Of a stretch of 41,508 nt of DNA, positions 10,958-21,486 are shown one piece after another. The stretch covers positions 148,658-190,165 of the forward strand of contig CAZQXO010000001.1 of the NCBI GenBank assembly GCA_964597445.1. The letters are read 5' to 3'. Every line of letters starts with the position of its first letter. The first letter of the stretch is position 1. The position numbers were made by a program, and so were the translations under genes. This DNA is from an uncultured Bifidobacteriaceae bacterium. Lineage in GTDB: Bacteria; Actinomycetota; Actinomycetes; S36-B12. The notes beneath the pieces were generated by a model, which saw nothing but the letters and a program-made list of their open reading frames with translations, ran no database searches and was not told where the DNA came from.

Positions 10958-11869
10958 GTGCCTGCTGTCGAGATCCGCCACCTGCAGGTGCGTCACGCCA
11001 CGGGACTCGCCGTCTCGGATCTGAGCCTGACGGCTGACGCCGGCCGGATCACGGCCCTCATCGGCCCCAACGGCGCCGGGAAGACCAGCACGATCGAGAC
11101 CTGCGTGGGACTGCGCCGCTCGTTCTCGGGCGAGGTCGCCATCCTCGGCACGCGCCTGCCCGTCTACGGTTCGGCGGCCACGTCCCTGCGCAGCAGGGTG
11201 GGTGTCATGCTCCAGGACGGCGGCCTCTACACGACGGCGCGACCCCGGGAGATGGTCGACCATGTCGCATCCCTGTACGACGATCCCGACGATCCGACCC
11301 TCCTCCTGGCGGCCGTGGGCATCGATCCCGGCACACGAACTCCGATTCGCCGCCTCTCCGGCGGCGAGCAGCGTCGGGTGGCCGCGGCAGCCGCGCTCGT
11401 GGGTCGACCCGAGCTCGTCTTCCTCGATGAGCCGACCGCCGGACTGGACTCCACGGGACGGCGTGCCTTCCATGACCTCCTGCGTGAGCGGGTCGCCCAG
11501 GGACTCACCGTCGTCCTGACGACGCACCTGATGGACGATGTGGAGCGGCTCGCCGACTGGGTCGTGGTGATCGCCCGGGGTCGGGACGTCGCCTCCGGAA
11601 CGGTCGCGGACCTGGTCGGTGGCGAGGACTCCGTCGGATTCCACGGCCCCAAGCACCTGGCCACCACCGCTCTCGAGGCAGCACTGCCCCCGGGGTCGAC
11701 GGTCACGGAGACCGCGCCCGGGCAGTACCGCGCCACCGGGCCGCTGGATCCGCCGGCCCTGGCGAGCATCGCGGCCTGGTGCGCCCAGCACGGCGTCCCG
11801 ACGAGGGACCTGCGCATCGGTGCGCGCTCCCTCGAGGACGTCGTCGTCGACCTGGTCGGTGACCTGTGA
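10958..11869 (+). CDS. ABC-2 type exporter, ATP-binding subunit
   Basis: GPNGAGKTS, LSGGEQRR, VFLDEPTAGLD, LTTHLMDD; start moved to GTG 10958. Confidence 0.9.
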   Translation: MPAVEIRHLQVRHATGLAVSDLSLTADAGRITALIGPNGAGKTSTIETCVGLRRSFSGEVAILGTRLPVYGSAATSLRSRVGVMLQDGGLYTTARPREMVDHVASLYDDPDDPTLLLAAVGIDPGTRTPIRRLSGGEQRRVAAAAALVGRPELVFLDEPTAGLDSTGRRAFHDLLRERVAQGLTVVLTTHLMDDVERLADWVVVIARGRDVASGTVADLVGGEDSVGFHGPKHLATTALEAALPPGSTVTETAPGQYRATGPLDPPALASIAAWCAQHGVPTRDLRIGARSLEDVVVDLVGDL

Positions 11870-12609
11870 CCCGCCGCACATCGGCGCTGCGCCGGACGCT
11901 GGGGCAGGCTGCATGGGAGTCCCGGCTGCTGCTGCGCAACGGCGAGCAGCTGCTGCTCACGATCATCATCCCGGTCGCCCTGCTGCTCGTCCTGGCCTGG
12001 ACGGATGTGCTGCCGCAGTCCTCCGGCCCCGACGCCCTCGCCGTGTCCATGGCCACGGTCCTCGCTGTCTCGGTCATCAGCTCCGCCTTCACGTCCCTGG
12101 CCATCGCCACGGGGTTCGAGCGCAGATCCGGGGCTCTGCGACTGCTCGGGACGACCCCGCTCGGTCCCGGGGAGCTGCTCACGGGCAAGGCGGTCGCCAC
12201 TCTCGTGGTCACGGTGGTGTCGAGCGCCCTGGTGATCCTGACGGGACTGGCCCTCGGATGGCGCCCGACGACCGGCATCGCGTGGATGCTCCTCGGGATC
12301 GGCGCCGGGATCGCGGCATGCGCCCCCTGGGGTCTCGCCCTCGCAGGCCTCCTGCGCGCCGAGGCGGTCCTCGCCGTCGCCAACGCCGTCTTCCTGGGGC
12401 TCCTGCTGTTCGGCGGAATCGTCATCCCGGCCGATTCGCTGCCCCAGTGGATGGCTGCGGTCGTGCCCTACCTGCCTTCCGGCGCACTGGTGGAGGTCCT
12501 GACCACCGCTCTCGTTTCATCCAGCGCTGCGATCGGGTCCCTGCTCGTGCTCGCTGCGTGGTCGGTGCTCGGCATTCTCGTGTCAGCGCGTTCCTTCAGG
12601 TGGACGTAG
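11866..12609 (+). CDS. ABC-2 type exporter, permease
   Basis: About six TM helices, RNGEQLLL and FERRSGALR motifs; GTGA overlap with the ATPase. Confidence 0.9.
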   Translation: MTRRTSALRRTLGQAAWESRLLLRNGEQLLLTIIIPVALLLVLAWTDVLPQSSGPDALAVSMATVLAVSVISSAFTSLAIATGFERRSGALRLLGTTPLGPGELLTGKAVATLVVTVVSSALVILTGLALGWRPTTGIAWMLLGIGAGIAACAPWGLALAGLLRAEAVLAVANAVFLGLLLFGGIVIPADSLPQWMAAVVPYLPSGALVEVLTTALVSSSAAIGSLLVLAAWSVLGILVSARSFRWT

Positions 12610-12618
12610 GCTGACAAG

Positions 12619-13593
12619 GTGAGTGCGTCCACCGATGCCCGTCCCACCACCCCGTCGGTCGTGAGCGGCCGCAGCCCGCGATCCGTCCGAGGCATCTACA
12701 TCGCGAACCTCGTAGCCCAGGCAGGCATCGTGGTGACGGGGGCGATCGTGCGCATCACGGGGTCCGGGCTCGGCTGCCCGACCTGGCCCGAGTGCGTCGA
12801 AGGCTCGATCACCCCGACGGCCCAGCAGGAGGAGTCCTGGCAGAAGTTCGTCGAGTTCGGCAACCGCCTGCTGACCTTCGTGCTGCTCATCCTGGCCATC
12901 GCGGCCATCATCGCTGCTCTCGTGGATCGGCGACGGCGGCGGCGCGCGGGCCTGCCCTCCCGACCTGCGCTCACCGTCCTCGCCGTCATCCCCTTCGTGG
13001 GCACGGTGGCCCAGGCGATCTTGGGGGGGATCACCGTCCTCACCGGCCTTCATCCCCTGATCGTCGGCGCGCACTTCCTCGTGTCGATGGCGATCATCGC
13101 CGCCGTGGTGGCACTCGTGGCCCGATCAGGGGATCCCGGGGATCACCCTGTCGTGTGGCTGACACCCCTGCCTGTTCGGGTGCTGGCGTGGGCCCTCGTG
13201 GCGGCCAGTGCCGGTGTCGTCGTTCTCGGGGTACTGGTGACGAGCTCGGGACCTCACAGCGGCGACGACGGTGCCATCCGACTCGGCCTCGATCCCCGGA
13301 CCGTCTCGTGGCTCCATGCTGACGTGGTCCTGCTCTTCATGGGGCTCCTCATCGGAATGCTCGTGGCCCTTGCACTCGTGCGCGCACCACGCACAGCCCT
13401 GAAGCGCACGTGGCTGCTCCTCGGGATCTCGGTGGTCCAAGGAGTGATCGGCTACACGCAGTACTTCACGGGGCTGCCGGAGTTGCTGGTCATGCTTCAT
13501 GTCCTGGGTGCCGTGCTGGTGTGGATCGCCGTCCTGTTCATTCCTCCCGCGCTGCGCACACGCGGCTCGGTCGACGCGCCAGTGGCGGCCTAG
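12619..13593 (+). CDS. ctaA: Heme A synthase (COX15/CtaA family)
   Basis: VRITGSGLGCPTWPEC, EFGNR, three TM histidines (GAHF, WLHAD, MLHV), about eight TM helices. Confidence 0.88.
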   Translation: MSASTDARPTTPSVVSGRSPRSVRGIYIANLVAQAGIVVTGAIVRITGSGLGCPTWPECVEGSITPTAQQEESWQKFVEFGNRLLTFVLLILAIAAIIAALVDRRRRRRAGLPSRPALTVLAVIPFVGTVAQAILGGITVLTGLHPLIVGAHFLVSMAIIAAVVALVARSGDPGDHPVVWLTPLPVRVLAWALVAASAGVVVLGVLVTSSGPHSGDDGAIRLGLDPRTVSWLHADVVLLFMGLLIGMLVALALVRAPRTALKRTWLLLGISVVQGVIGYTQYFTGLPELLVMLHVLGAVLVWIAVLFIPPALRTRGSVDAPVAA

Positions 13594-14507
13594 GGGACGA
13601 ACGGTTCCAGCGCAACGAGCAGGAACAGCAACGCCAGGTACGTGATGGAGCCGTGGAACAGCCGCATGGCGCGAGCAGTGACGTCAGCCGACGCGTGCAC
13701 GACACTGGAGCGCAGCCGGTACGCCATCGCGATGAACGCGGCGCCGAGCACGATCGCGCCCACCGAGTACACCCATCCCATGGGAGCCACGGGGATGAGG
13801 ACGAGTGACACCGCCACCATCACCCACGAGTAGCGCAGGATGCTGGCGGTGACCTGGGTCTCGGACCGGACCACCGGGAGCATGGGCACGCCCGCGGCGG
13901 CGTAGTCATCCTTGAACTTCATGGCCAACGGCCAATAGTGAGGTGGCGTCCAGAAGAACACGATCAGGAAGAGCACCACGGGAGTCCAGGACAGCGAACC
14001 CGTCACGGCGCTCCAGGCGATGAGGACGGGCATGCATCCCGCCGCGCCACCCCACACGATGTTCTGGGGCGTGCGACGCTTCAGGATCATGGTGTAGCCG
14101 ACGGCATAGAACACGATGGCCACCAGGGCGAGCACGGCCGACAGGAGGTTCGCCGTGAGCCACAGGACGACCATGCTCAGGATGCCGAGGGCCACCCCCT
14201 GGACCATGCCGGCGCGGACGCTCACGGCGCCGAGCGCGGCCGGGCGGTGGTACGTGCGCCCCATGAGGGCATCGATGTCCCGGTCGTAGATGCTGTTGAA
14301 CGTGTTGGCCGATCCGGCCGCCAGCGTGCCACCGACAAGGACTCCCACGAGCGGGACGAGGGGCGGCAGTCCGCCAGCGGCGAGGAACGTGGTGGGCACC
14401 GCTGTGGCCAGCAGCAGCTCCACGATCCGCGGCTTGGTCAGGGCGATGTGCGCCCGCAGCCTGCCGCCACGCGAGGATCCGCTGGCCCGCTGCACTCCGA
14501 CCGACAC
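13590..14507 (-). CDS. ctaB: Protoheme IX farnesyltransferase (heme O synthase)
   Basis: LTKPRIVELL, YDRDIDALMGRT, LKRRTPQNIVWGG, FWTPPHYW; start moved to GTG 14507 after GGAG (start uncertain). Confidence 0.93.
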   Translation of the reverse strand: MSVGVQRASGSSRGGRLRAHIALTKPRIVELLLATAVPTTFLAAGGLPPLVPLVGVLVGGTLAAGSANTFNSIYDRDIDALMGRTYHRPAALGAVSVRAGMVQGVALGILSMVVLWLTANLLSAVLALVAIVFYAVGYTMILKRRTPQNIVWGGAAGCMPVLIAWSAVTGSLSWTPVVLFLIVFFWTPPHYWPLAMKFKDDYAAAGVPMLPVVRSETQVTASILRYSWVMVAVSLVLIPVAPMGWVYSVGAIVLGAAFIAMAYRLRSSVVHASADVTARAMRLFHGSITYLALLFLLVALEPFVP

Positions 14508-14604
14508 AGATCTCCATCCCGCGGGGCCCGCGAGGCTGGTCCCCTGAACTGGATCCCGAGGGAATCCTCCCGTAGGCGCATGCCGCTCATGTCGCCCTGC
14601 GTTC

Positions 14605-14610
14605 ACTGTA
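14605..14610 (-). promoter_or_regulatory. Candidate -10 element (TACAGT) for ctaB
   Basis: TANNNT in the ctaB/tkt divergent intergenic region. Confidence 0.35.
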
Positions 14611-14649
14611 CCTTCCCCACACGAAGGCCGACTCACACGCTCGCTTCGC

Positions 14650-14655
14650 TAGGGT
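14650..14655 (+). promoter_or_regulatory. Candidate -10 element (TAGGGT) for a leaderless tkt transcript
   Basis: TANNNT 6 nt before ATG 14662, no SD. Confidence 0.55.
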
Positions 14656-14661
14656 CGCACC

Positions 14662-16767
14662 ATGACGTCCACGCCCCGAGAGGCCCCCGTCCGCGCTGGC
14701 GCCCGTGACCACCTCGAGTGGGATGCCGACGATGACCGTGCTGTCGCCTACCTGAGGGCCCTGGCGGCCGATGCCGTGCAGCGGGTCGGCAACGGACACC
14801 CCGGTACCGCGATGAGCCTCGCCCCCGTGGCGTACCTCCTCTTCCAGAAGGTCATGCGCCATGATCCGCACGATCCCCAGTGGCTGGGCCGGGATCGCTT
14901 CGTCCTGTCGGGCGGTCACACGAGCCTGACCCTCTACAGCCAGCTGTTCCTCTCCGACTACGGCCTGACGATGGCGGATCTCGAGTCGTTCAGGACGGCG
15001 GGCAGTCGCACGCCGGGCCACCCGGAGCACGGCCACACGGCAGGCGTCGAGGCCACCACGGGTCCTCTCGGTCAGGGCCTGTCCATGGCCGTCGGCATGG
15101 CCATGGCTGCCCGCTACGAGCGCGGCCTTCTCGATCCCGATGCGCCACGCGACGAGAGCCCCTTCGACCATCGCATCTGGACGATCGCTGGCGATGGCGA
15201 CCTCGAGGAGGGCATCTCCTCCGAGGCGTCCTCGCTCGCCGGCCTCCAGGAGCTGTCGGAGCTCTGCGTGATCTACGACGACAACCACATCTCCATCGAG
15301 GGCGACACCGCGATCGCCTTCGCTGAGGACGTCTGCGAGCGCTACCGCGCCTACGGGTGGGCCACGCATCGCGTGGACCAGCTCCCCGACGGCTCCGTCG
15401 ACGTTGCGGCTCTCTTCGCGGCGCTCTCCCAGGCCAGGGCAGAGCGACGTCGACCGACCCTCATCCAGTTGCGCACGACCATCGCTTGGCCTGCTCCCCA
15501 TGCTCGCAACACTGCGAAGTCCCATGGCTCGGCACTCGGCGAGGATGAGATCCGTGCCACGAAGGAGCTTCTCGGGCTGAATCCCGATGAGCACTTCGCC
15601 TTCGACCCGGCCCTGCTCGAGCGGATCCGCGAGCGCCTTCGCCATCGCGTGGACGAGAGTCGGGGCGCCTGGAACGCCGCCTTCGGGGAATGGTCTCAAC
15701 AGCATCCCGATCGCGCTCTCCTGCTCGATCGCCTCGAATCGAGGGAGATGCCTCCCGGGTTGGAGTCCGCGCTTCCCGACTTCGCCGCAGGTGGCTCCCT
15801 GGCCACGCGCAAGGCATCGGGCGACGTCATCAATGCCCTGGCCGCCCACCTTCCGGAGCTGTGGGGCGGGTCAGCCGATCTCGCCGAGTCGAACAACACG
15901 ACGATCGAGGGAGCACCGAGCTTCCTGCCGAGCGGCCACGCAGCGCCGAACTCCTCGCCCTACGGACGCGTCATCCACTTCGGCGTGCGGGAGCACGCCA
16001 TGGGCGCGATCCTCAACGGCATCGCCCTCCACGGGCTCACGCGGCCCTTCGGTGGAACATTCCTCGTCTTCTCCGACTACATGCGCGGCGCGGTGCGCCT
16101 CGCCGCCCTCATGCGCACTGCGGTCACCTTCGTCTGGACGCACGATTCCATCGGCCTCGGCGAGGACGGCCCCACGCACCAGCCGATCGAGCACCTGTGG
16201 GCCCTCCGGGCAACCCCCCACCTGGCGATAGCGCGCCCCGCTGATGCCCGGGAGACCGCGGCAGCATGGCTGGCGACCGTGAAGCAGCAGGGACCTGTGG
16301 GGCTCATCCTGACGAGGCAGAACGTGCCGACGCTCGACATCCCGATGGGTCAGGTGATCACGGGCGTGGCGCGAGGCGGTTACGTGGTGCGCGACAGCGA
16401 CGACGCCCGCGCCCTGATCCTGGCCACCGGGTCAGAGGTGCACCTCGCCCTGGCCGCCGCGGAGCAGTTGGAGTCCTCGGGAATCGGCACACGCGTCGTG
16501 TCCCTGCCCTGCCTCGAGTGGTTCGAGGCCCAGGAGGCCGCCTACCGGGACGCCATCATCCCCCCGGCCATCCGCGCCCGGGTCTCTGTGGAGGCCGGCT
16601 CGACCATCGGATGGTGGCGCTACGTCGGATCGCACGGCCGGGTCATCGGCATCGACCACTTCGGCGCCAGCGCCGACCCGGCAACACTCTTCCGGGAGGC
16701 CGGCATCACGGTCGAAAACATCGTGCGCGCCGTCCAGGAATCCATCACCGACAGCACTCGCGACTAG
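14662..16767 (+). CDS. tkt: Transketolase
   Basis: GHPGTAM, RDRFVLSGGH, GDGDLEEG ThDP motif, THDSIGLGEDGPTHQP. Confidence 0.98.
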   Translation: MTSTPREAPVRAGARDHLEWDADDDRAVAYLRALAADAVQRVGNGHPGTAMSLAPVAYLLFQKVMRHDPHDPQWLGRDRFVLSGGHTSLTLYSQLFLSDYGLTMADLESFRTAGSRTPGHPEHGHTAGVEATTGPLGQGLSMAVGMAMAARYERGLLDPDAPRDESPFDHRIWTIAGDGDLEEGISSEASSLAGLQELSELCVIYDDNHISIEGDTAIAFAEDVCERYRAYGWATHRVDQLPDGSVDVAALFAALSQARAERRRPTLIQLRTTIAWPAPHARNTAKSHGSALGEDEIRATKELLGLNPDEHFAFDPALLERIRERLRHRVDESRGAWNAAFGEWSQQHPDRALLLDRLESREMPPGLESALPDFAAGGSLATRKASGDVINALAAHLPELWGGSADLAESNNTTIEGAPSFLPSGHAAPNSSPYGRVIHFGVREHAMGAILNGIALHGLTRPFGGTFLVFSDYMRGAVRLAALMRTAVTFVWTHDSIGLGEDGPTHQPIEHLWALRATPHLAIARPADARETAAAWLATVKQQGPVGLILTRQNVPTLDIPMGQVITGVARGGYVVRDSDDARALILATGSEVHLALAAAEQLESSGIGTRVVSLPCLEWFEAQEAAYRDAIIPPAIRARVSVEAGSTIGWWRYVGSHGRVIGIDHFGASADPATLFREAGITVENIVRAVQESITDSTRD

Positions 16768-16785
16768 ACAGGACGGAAGCCCGAC

Positions 16786-17907
16786 GTGAGCACCTCACCC
16801 AATCCACAGCTCCTTGACCTCACGCAGCGCGGGGTGTCCGTCTGGCTCGACGATCTGGACCGCCAGCGCATCGAGTCGGGCCAGCTCGCCTCCATGATCA
16901 CCGTGGACTCCGTTCGCGGTGTGACCACGAACCCCACGATCTTCGACAAGGCAATATCGACAGGCGCCGCGGCCTACGCAGAGCAGCTCACGGCCCTCGC
17001 TCAAGCCGGCGAGAGCGTCGACTCGATCATCCGCTCTCTGACGACCGACGACGTGCGCAGCGCCTGCGACATCTTCCTCCCGGTGTTCGCATCCTCTCAG
17101 CAGGACGACGGACGCGTGTCGATCGAGGTGGACCCGCGACTGGCCCATGACACCGACGAGACGATCGTCCAGGCGCGGGAGTTGTGGGCCATCGTCGACC
17201 GCCCCAACGCCCTCATCAAGATCCCGGCGACACCCGAGGGCCTGCCGGCCATCACCGAGGTCATCGGCTCCGGCATCAGCGTCAACGTGACCCTCATCTT
17301 CTCGGTCGAGCGCTACCTCGCTGTCGTCGATGCCTACATGGCCGGCCTTGAGCGGGCACGCGAGAGGGGCCATGACCTGTCATCCATCCGATCGGTGGCC
17401 AGCTTCTTCATCAGCCGGATCGACACCGAGGTCGATCGTCGGCTTCGGGCACTGGACTCTCCTGAGGCCCTCGACCTTGTCGGCGAAGCGGCTGTGGCCA
17501 CCGGCCGTCTCGTCTGGCAGGCCCACCTGGATTCCCTCGACGAACCGCGCTGGGCAGCCCTGCGCGCAGCAGGTGCCTCGCCCCAGCGCCCGCTCTGGGC
17601 CTCCACCGGTGTCAAGGATCCGTCCATGCCGCCCACGCGCTACGTCCTCGATCTCGTCGTCGACGGGTGCGTCAACACGATGCCCGAGGCGACACTCAGG
17701 GCCGTCGCGGACAACGGTCCTGTGCCCCAGGACACCGTGACAGGGACCGCACCCGCCTCTGCTGCTGTGTGGCACCGGCTCGAGTCCCTGGGCATCAGCC
17801 CGTTCGAGGTGAGTGCCACGCTGGAGACCGAGGGTGTCGCGAAGTTCATCGAGTCGTGGGAGCAGCTGCGCGCCACCGTGGCGGGTGCTGCGGAGGGGTC
17901 CGCATGA
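16786..17907 (+). CDS. tal: Transaldolase
   Basis: [22 protein letters not shown] (Schiff-base Lys), NVTLIFS, LWASTG. Confidence 0.97.
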   Translation: MSTSPNPQLLDLTQRGVSVWLDDLDRQRIESGQLASMITVDSVRGVTTNPTIFDKAISTGAAAYAEQLTALAQAGESVDSIIRSLTTDDVRSACDIFLPVFASSQQDDGRVSIEVDPRLAHDTDETIVQARELWAIVDRPNALIKIPATPEGLPAITEVIGSGISVNVTLIFSVERYLAVVDAYMAGLERARERGHDLSSIRSVASFFISRIDTEVDRRLRALDSPEALDLVGEAAVATGRLVWQAHLDSLDEPRWAALRAAGASPQRPLWASTGVKDPSMPPTRYVLDLVVDGCVNTMPEATLRAVADNGPVPQDTVTGTAPASAAVWHRLESLGISPFEVSATLETEGVAKFIESWEQLRATVAGAAEGSA

Positions 17908-19445
17908 CCGCCCACGCCCACGGCACCGCCAATCCCCTCCGCAACCCCCTCGACCAGCGCCTTCCACGGGTTGCCGGCCCGTGCGGGGTCATCCTCTTCG
18001 GAGTCACGGGCGATCTCTCACGCAAGAAGGTCATGCCCGCCATCTACGACCTGGCCAACCGCGGTCTTCTGCCCCCGGGCTTCGCGCTCGTCGGCTTCGC
18101 CCGTCGCGATTGGGCGGATGAGGATTTCGCCCAGCTTGTCCACGACAACGTCCGCGAGCACTCGCGCACCCCGTTCCGCGAGGAGGTGTGGGAGCAGCTC
18201 GCGCAGGGCATCCGCTTCGTCGAGGGGGATCTGGGTGATCCTGCGGCGTATGCCCGACTCAAGGCGACGGTCGACGAGCTCGACGCCACGCGAGGCACAG
18301 GAGGCAATCACGCCTTCTACCTCTCGATCCCGCCCGGGCTGTTCCCCGTCGTCCTGGAGCACCTGAAGTCCTCCGGGCTCGCGGAGAGCGCCCCGGGTTC
18401 CTGGCGTCGCGTCGTCATCGAGAAGCCCTTCGGACACAACCTCGAGAGCGCTGAGGAGCTCAACCGGATCGTGGGAACGGTCTTCGACTCAGGATCGGTC
18501 TTCCGCATCGACCACTACCTGGGCAAGGAGACCGTCCAGAACATCCTGGCGGTCCGCTTCGCGAACACGATGTTCGAACCCCTGTGGAACAGCAACTTCG
18601 TCGACAACGTGCAGATCACGATGGCGGAGGACATCGGTATCGGTGGGCGCGCAAGCTACTACGACGGCATCGGGGCAGCGCGCGACGTCATCCAGAACCA
18701 TCTCCTCCAGCTCCTCGCGCTCACGGCCATGGAGGAGCCCCTCTCCTTCTCGGCCGACGACGTTCGGGTGGAGAAGGAGAAGGTCCTGCGCGCCGTGAAG
18801 CTTCCACGCGACATCGCCAGGCACACGAGTCGCGGCCAGTATGCGCATGGCTGGCAGGGGGGGATCCCCGTGCCCGGCTTCCTCGAGGAGGAGGGCATCT
18901 CCCCCACCAGCACAACAGAGACGTTCGCCGCCATGCGTCTCGACGTCGACAATCGGCGCTGGGCGGGCGTGCCCTTCTACCTCCGCACGGGCAAGCGCCT
19001 CGGTCGCCGCGTCACCGAGGTGGCCGTTGTCTTCAAGCGGGCACCCCACCTTCCCTTCGCGAAGACGGCTGTCCAGGAGCTGAGCCAGAACGCCTTCGTC
19101 TTCCGCATCCAGCCAGACGAGGGGATCACCGTGCGATTCGGGTCGAAGGTGCCCGACACGACCTCGATTCAGGTACGTGATGTCACGATGGACTTCCAGT
19201 ACGGGGATTCGTTCGTGGACACGAGCCCGGAGGCCTACGAGCGCCTCATCCTGGACGTGCTGCTGGGTGACCCTCCGCTGTTCCCCCGCCATGCGGAGGT
19301 CGAGCTCGGCTGGCGCATCCTCGACCCGGTGCTCGACTACTGGGCGTCGCATGGGATGCCTGAGCAGTATGCGTCGGGTGGCTGGGGACCCGCGTCGTCG
19401 TACGAGATGATCGCGCGGGACGGGCGCACCTGGAGAAGGCCGTGA
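17904..19445 (+). CDS. zwf: Glucose-6-phosphate 1-dehydrogenase
   Basis: [21 protein letters not shown]; ATG 17904 overlaps the tal stop. Confidence 0.98.
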   Translation: MTAHAHGTANPLRNPLDQRLPRVAGPCGVILFGVTGDLSRKKVMPAIYDLANRGLLPPGFALVGFARRDWADEDFAQLVHDNVREHSRTPFREEVWEQLAQGIRFVEGDLGDPAAYARLKATVDELDATRGTGGNHAFYLSIPPGLFPVVLEHLKSSGLAESAPGSWRRVVIEKPFGHNLESAEELNRIVGTVFDSGSVFRIDHYLGKETVQNILAVRFANTMFEPLWNSNFVDNVQITMAEDIGIGGRASYYDGIGAARDVIQNHLLQLLALTAMEEPLSFSADDVRVEKEKVLRAVKLPRDIARHTSRGQYAHGWQGGIPVPGFLEEEGISPTSTTETFAAMRLDVDNRRWAGVPFYLRTGKRLGRRVTEVAVVFKRAPHLPFAKTAVQELSQNAFVFRIQPDEGITVRFGSKVPDTTSIQVRDVTMDFQYGDSFVDTSPEAYERLILDVLLGDPPLFPRHAEVELGWRILDPVLDYWASHGMPEQYASGGWGPASSYEMIARDGRTWRRP

Positions 19446-19473
19446 GGTTCCGGGCCATGGACGGGAGGACACC

Positions 19474-20373
19474 GTGATTCGACTGGACGACACGAGCGGC
19501 GGGGCCGTCGCGGCGGCCATCGCAGCCGAGCGTCACCGGAACGGGTCGCCCGCGACTGGCATGGTCCTCACCCTCCTGATCCAGAGCGACGAGGAGTTCC
19601 AGTCCGACGCGACCTCGGGAGCTGTGGCTGCCGCCCGGGAGCACCCGATGCGCATCGTCACCCTCATCCCGCGTCCGAGTCGGCAGCAGCCTCGACTCGA
19701 CGCCGAGATCGCCGTGGGCGGTGATGACGGACCGGGAGAGGTAGCCGTGCTTCGCCTGCGCGGCGAACTGGCGGACCACGCGAACTCCGTTGCCATTCCC
19801 CTTCTGCTGTCGGACACCCCGGTGGTCGCCTACTGGCCTGCAGAGGCGCCTGACGTGCCCGCGGACGATCCCATCGGTCGCCATGCGCAGCGACGCATCA
19901 CCGACGCAGCCTCCGCGCCCGACATACGCCGGGAGCTGGCCCGACGGAAGGCCGGTTACCGACCCGGCGACACCGATCTCTCCTGGACCCGCCTGACCCC
20001 GTGGCGCTCAGCTCTGGCCGCAGCCATGGATCAGGGCTCGCCGCGGGTGCTGGAGGCCGTCGTGGCTGCCGAGCCGGAGAACCCCAGCGCGCTGCTGCTG
20101 CAGGCGTGGCTGGCGCACGCCCTGTCGGTCCCGGTCCACCTGCTCGACTCCCCCGGACCGGGCATCACCGAGGCGAAGCTGGTCACGCCCGACGGCGACA
20201 TCGTCCTCAGCAGAACCCACGGCGACACGGCAGAGCTCACGAGGCCCGGCGTCGCGTCTGCCCGGATCGCGATGCCCCGACGCGGAATCGCGGGACTCCT
20301 GGCGGAGGAGCTGCGACGCCTGGATCCCGACGAGGTCTACGGCACGGTGCTCGCGCATCTGGTCCTGCCGTGA
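19474..20373 (+). CDS. opcA: G6PDH assembly protein OpcA
   Basis: AREHPMR, RRITD, GDTDLSWTRLTPWR, LAEELRRLDPDE; between zwf and pgl; GGGAGG RBS. Confidence 0.93.
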   Translation: MIRLDDTSGGAVAAAIAAERHRNGSPATGMVLTLLIQSDEEFQSDATSGAVAAAREHPMRIVTLIPRPSRQQPRLDAEIAVGGDDGPGEVAVLRLRGELADHANSVAIPLLLSDTPVVAYWPAEAPDVPADDPIGRHAQRRITDAASAPDIRRELARRKAGYRPGDTDLSWTRLTPWRSALAAAMDQGSPRVLEAVVAAEPENPSALLLQAWLAHALSVPVHLLDSPGPGITEAKLVTPDGDIVLSRTHGDTAELTRPGVASARIAMPRRGIAGLLAEELRRLDPDEVYGTVLAHLVLP

Positions 20374-21131
20374 TCGTCGACGTCCTTCGTCACCCGACGC
20401 CTGCGGCCCTGGCACGAGATGTGGCGGCCCGAACGATCACCACGCTGGTGGAGCGGGTCGCCGATGCCGGCATCGCCCATCTGTGTCTCACCGGGGGCGG
20501 TATCGGAACCGCCTGCCTCCGAGAGATCGCCGAGGGTCCGGGAGTCGACGCCGTGGACTGGTCACAGGTGCACGTGTGGTGGGGTGACGAGCGCTTCCTG
20601 CCCCACGGGGATCCCGAGCGCAACGACACGGGGGCACGCGCCGCACTCCTGGATCACGTGGGGATCCCCTCCGGCAACATCCACGCGATGCCCTCGCCTG
20701 CCGAGGCGACGGATGTCGACGCCGGCGCCGCCCTCTATGCCGACGAGCTGCGCCGCTGGGCTGAGGGGGCTGTCGTTCCGTCGATGGACATCCTGCTCCT
20801 GGGCATCGGGCCAGACGCGCATGTCGCTTCGATCTTCCCCGAGTTGCCGGCCGTGCACGATGAGCGCCCCACGGCCGGGGTCCACGGCGCGCCGAAGCCC
20901 CCTCCCCTGCGCATCACGCTGACCTTCCCCAGCATCCGGGCGGCCCAGCAGGTCTGGATCCTCGCTTCCGGGGCGGAGAAGGCGTCGGCTGTGCGACTGG
21001 CCCTGACGCCGGGGGCAGGTGAGTTCCAGGTTCCGGCCGCCGGTGCCCGCGGGCTGCAGCGCACCCTTGTCCTGGTCGATGCCGCCGCAGCGGCGGAGCT
21101 TCCCGAGGACCTGGGGCGCCCCTCGGCCTGA
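20370..21131 (+). CDS. pgl: 6-phosphogluconolactonase
   Basis: LTGGG, WWGDERF, LLGIGPDAHVASIFP, PKPPPLRITLT; GTG overlaps the opcA stop. Confidence 0.95.
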   Translation: MIVDVLRHPTPAALARDVAARTITTLVERVADAGIAHLCLTGGGIGTACLREIAEGPGVDAVDWSQVHVWWGDERFLPHGDPERNDTGARAALLDHVGIPSGNIHAMPSPAEATDVDAGAALYADELRRWAEGAVVPSMDILLLGIGPDAHVASIFPELPAVHDERPTAGVHGAPKPPPLRITLTFPSIRAAQQVWILASGAEKASAVRLALTPGAGEFQVPAAGARGLQRTLVLVDAAAAAELPEDLGRPSA

Positions 21132-21137
21132 CGTGGG

Positions 21138-21473
21138 CTAGGCCTCGCCGCGCAGCTTGGCCAGTGCCTCGTCGAGGATCGCAGCGCCGTCCTTGTCGGA
21201 GCGCCGCTCCTTCACGTAGGCCAGATGGGTCTTGTAGGGCTCGACCTTCGGGGGAGCCGGGGGGTTCTCCTGGTCCGGGCCGGCAGGCAGGCCGCACCGC
21301 GGGCAGTCCCACTCGTCCGGCACGGCAGCCTCCGCTGCGAAACTGGGACGGCTCTCGTGGCCCCGCGAGCACCAGAAGGACACCCACACTCGAGGTGCGG
21401 CCTCGCCACGCTCGGCCTCGCCCATGGGCCCCGCTCCGACGCGGCTTCCCCGAATAGCGCTACCACCAGCCAT
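21138..21473 (-). CDS. RbpA-family RNA polymerase-binding protein (secG-linked type)
   Basis: IRGSRVG N-terminus, C-x3-H...WDCPRC, KTH...ERRS...ILDE C-terminal helices; AGGAGG RBS. Confidence 0.85.
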   Translation of the reverse strand: MAGGSAIRGSRVGAGPMGEAERGEAAPRVWVSFWCSRGHESRPSFAAEAAVPDEWDCPRCGLPAGPDQENPPAPPKVEPYKTHLAYVKERRSDKDGAAILDEALAKLRGEA

Positions 21474-21486
21474 GCTGCTCCTCCTG

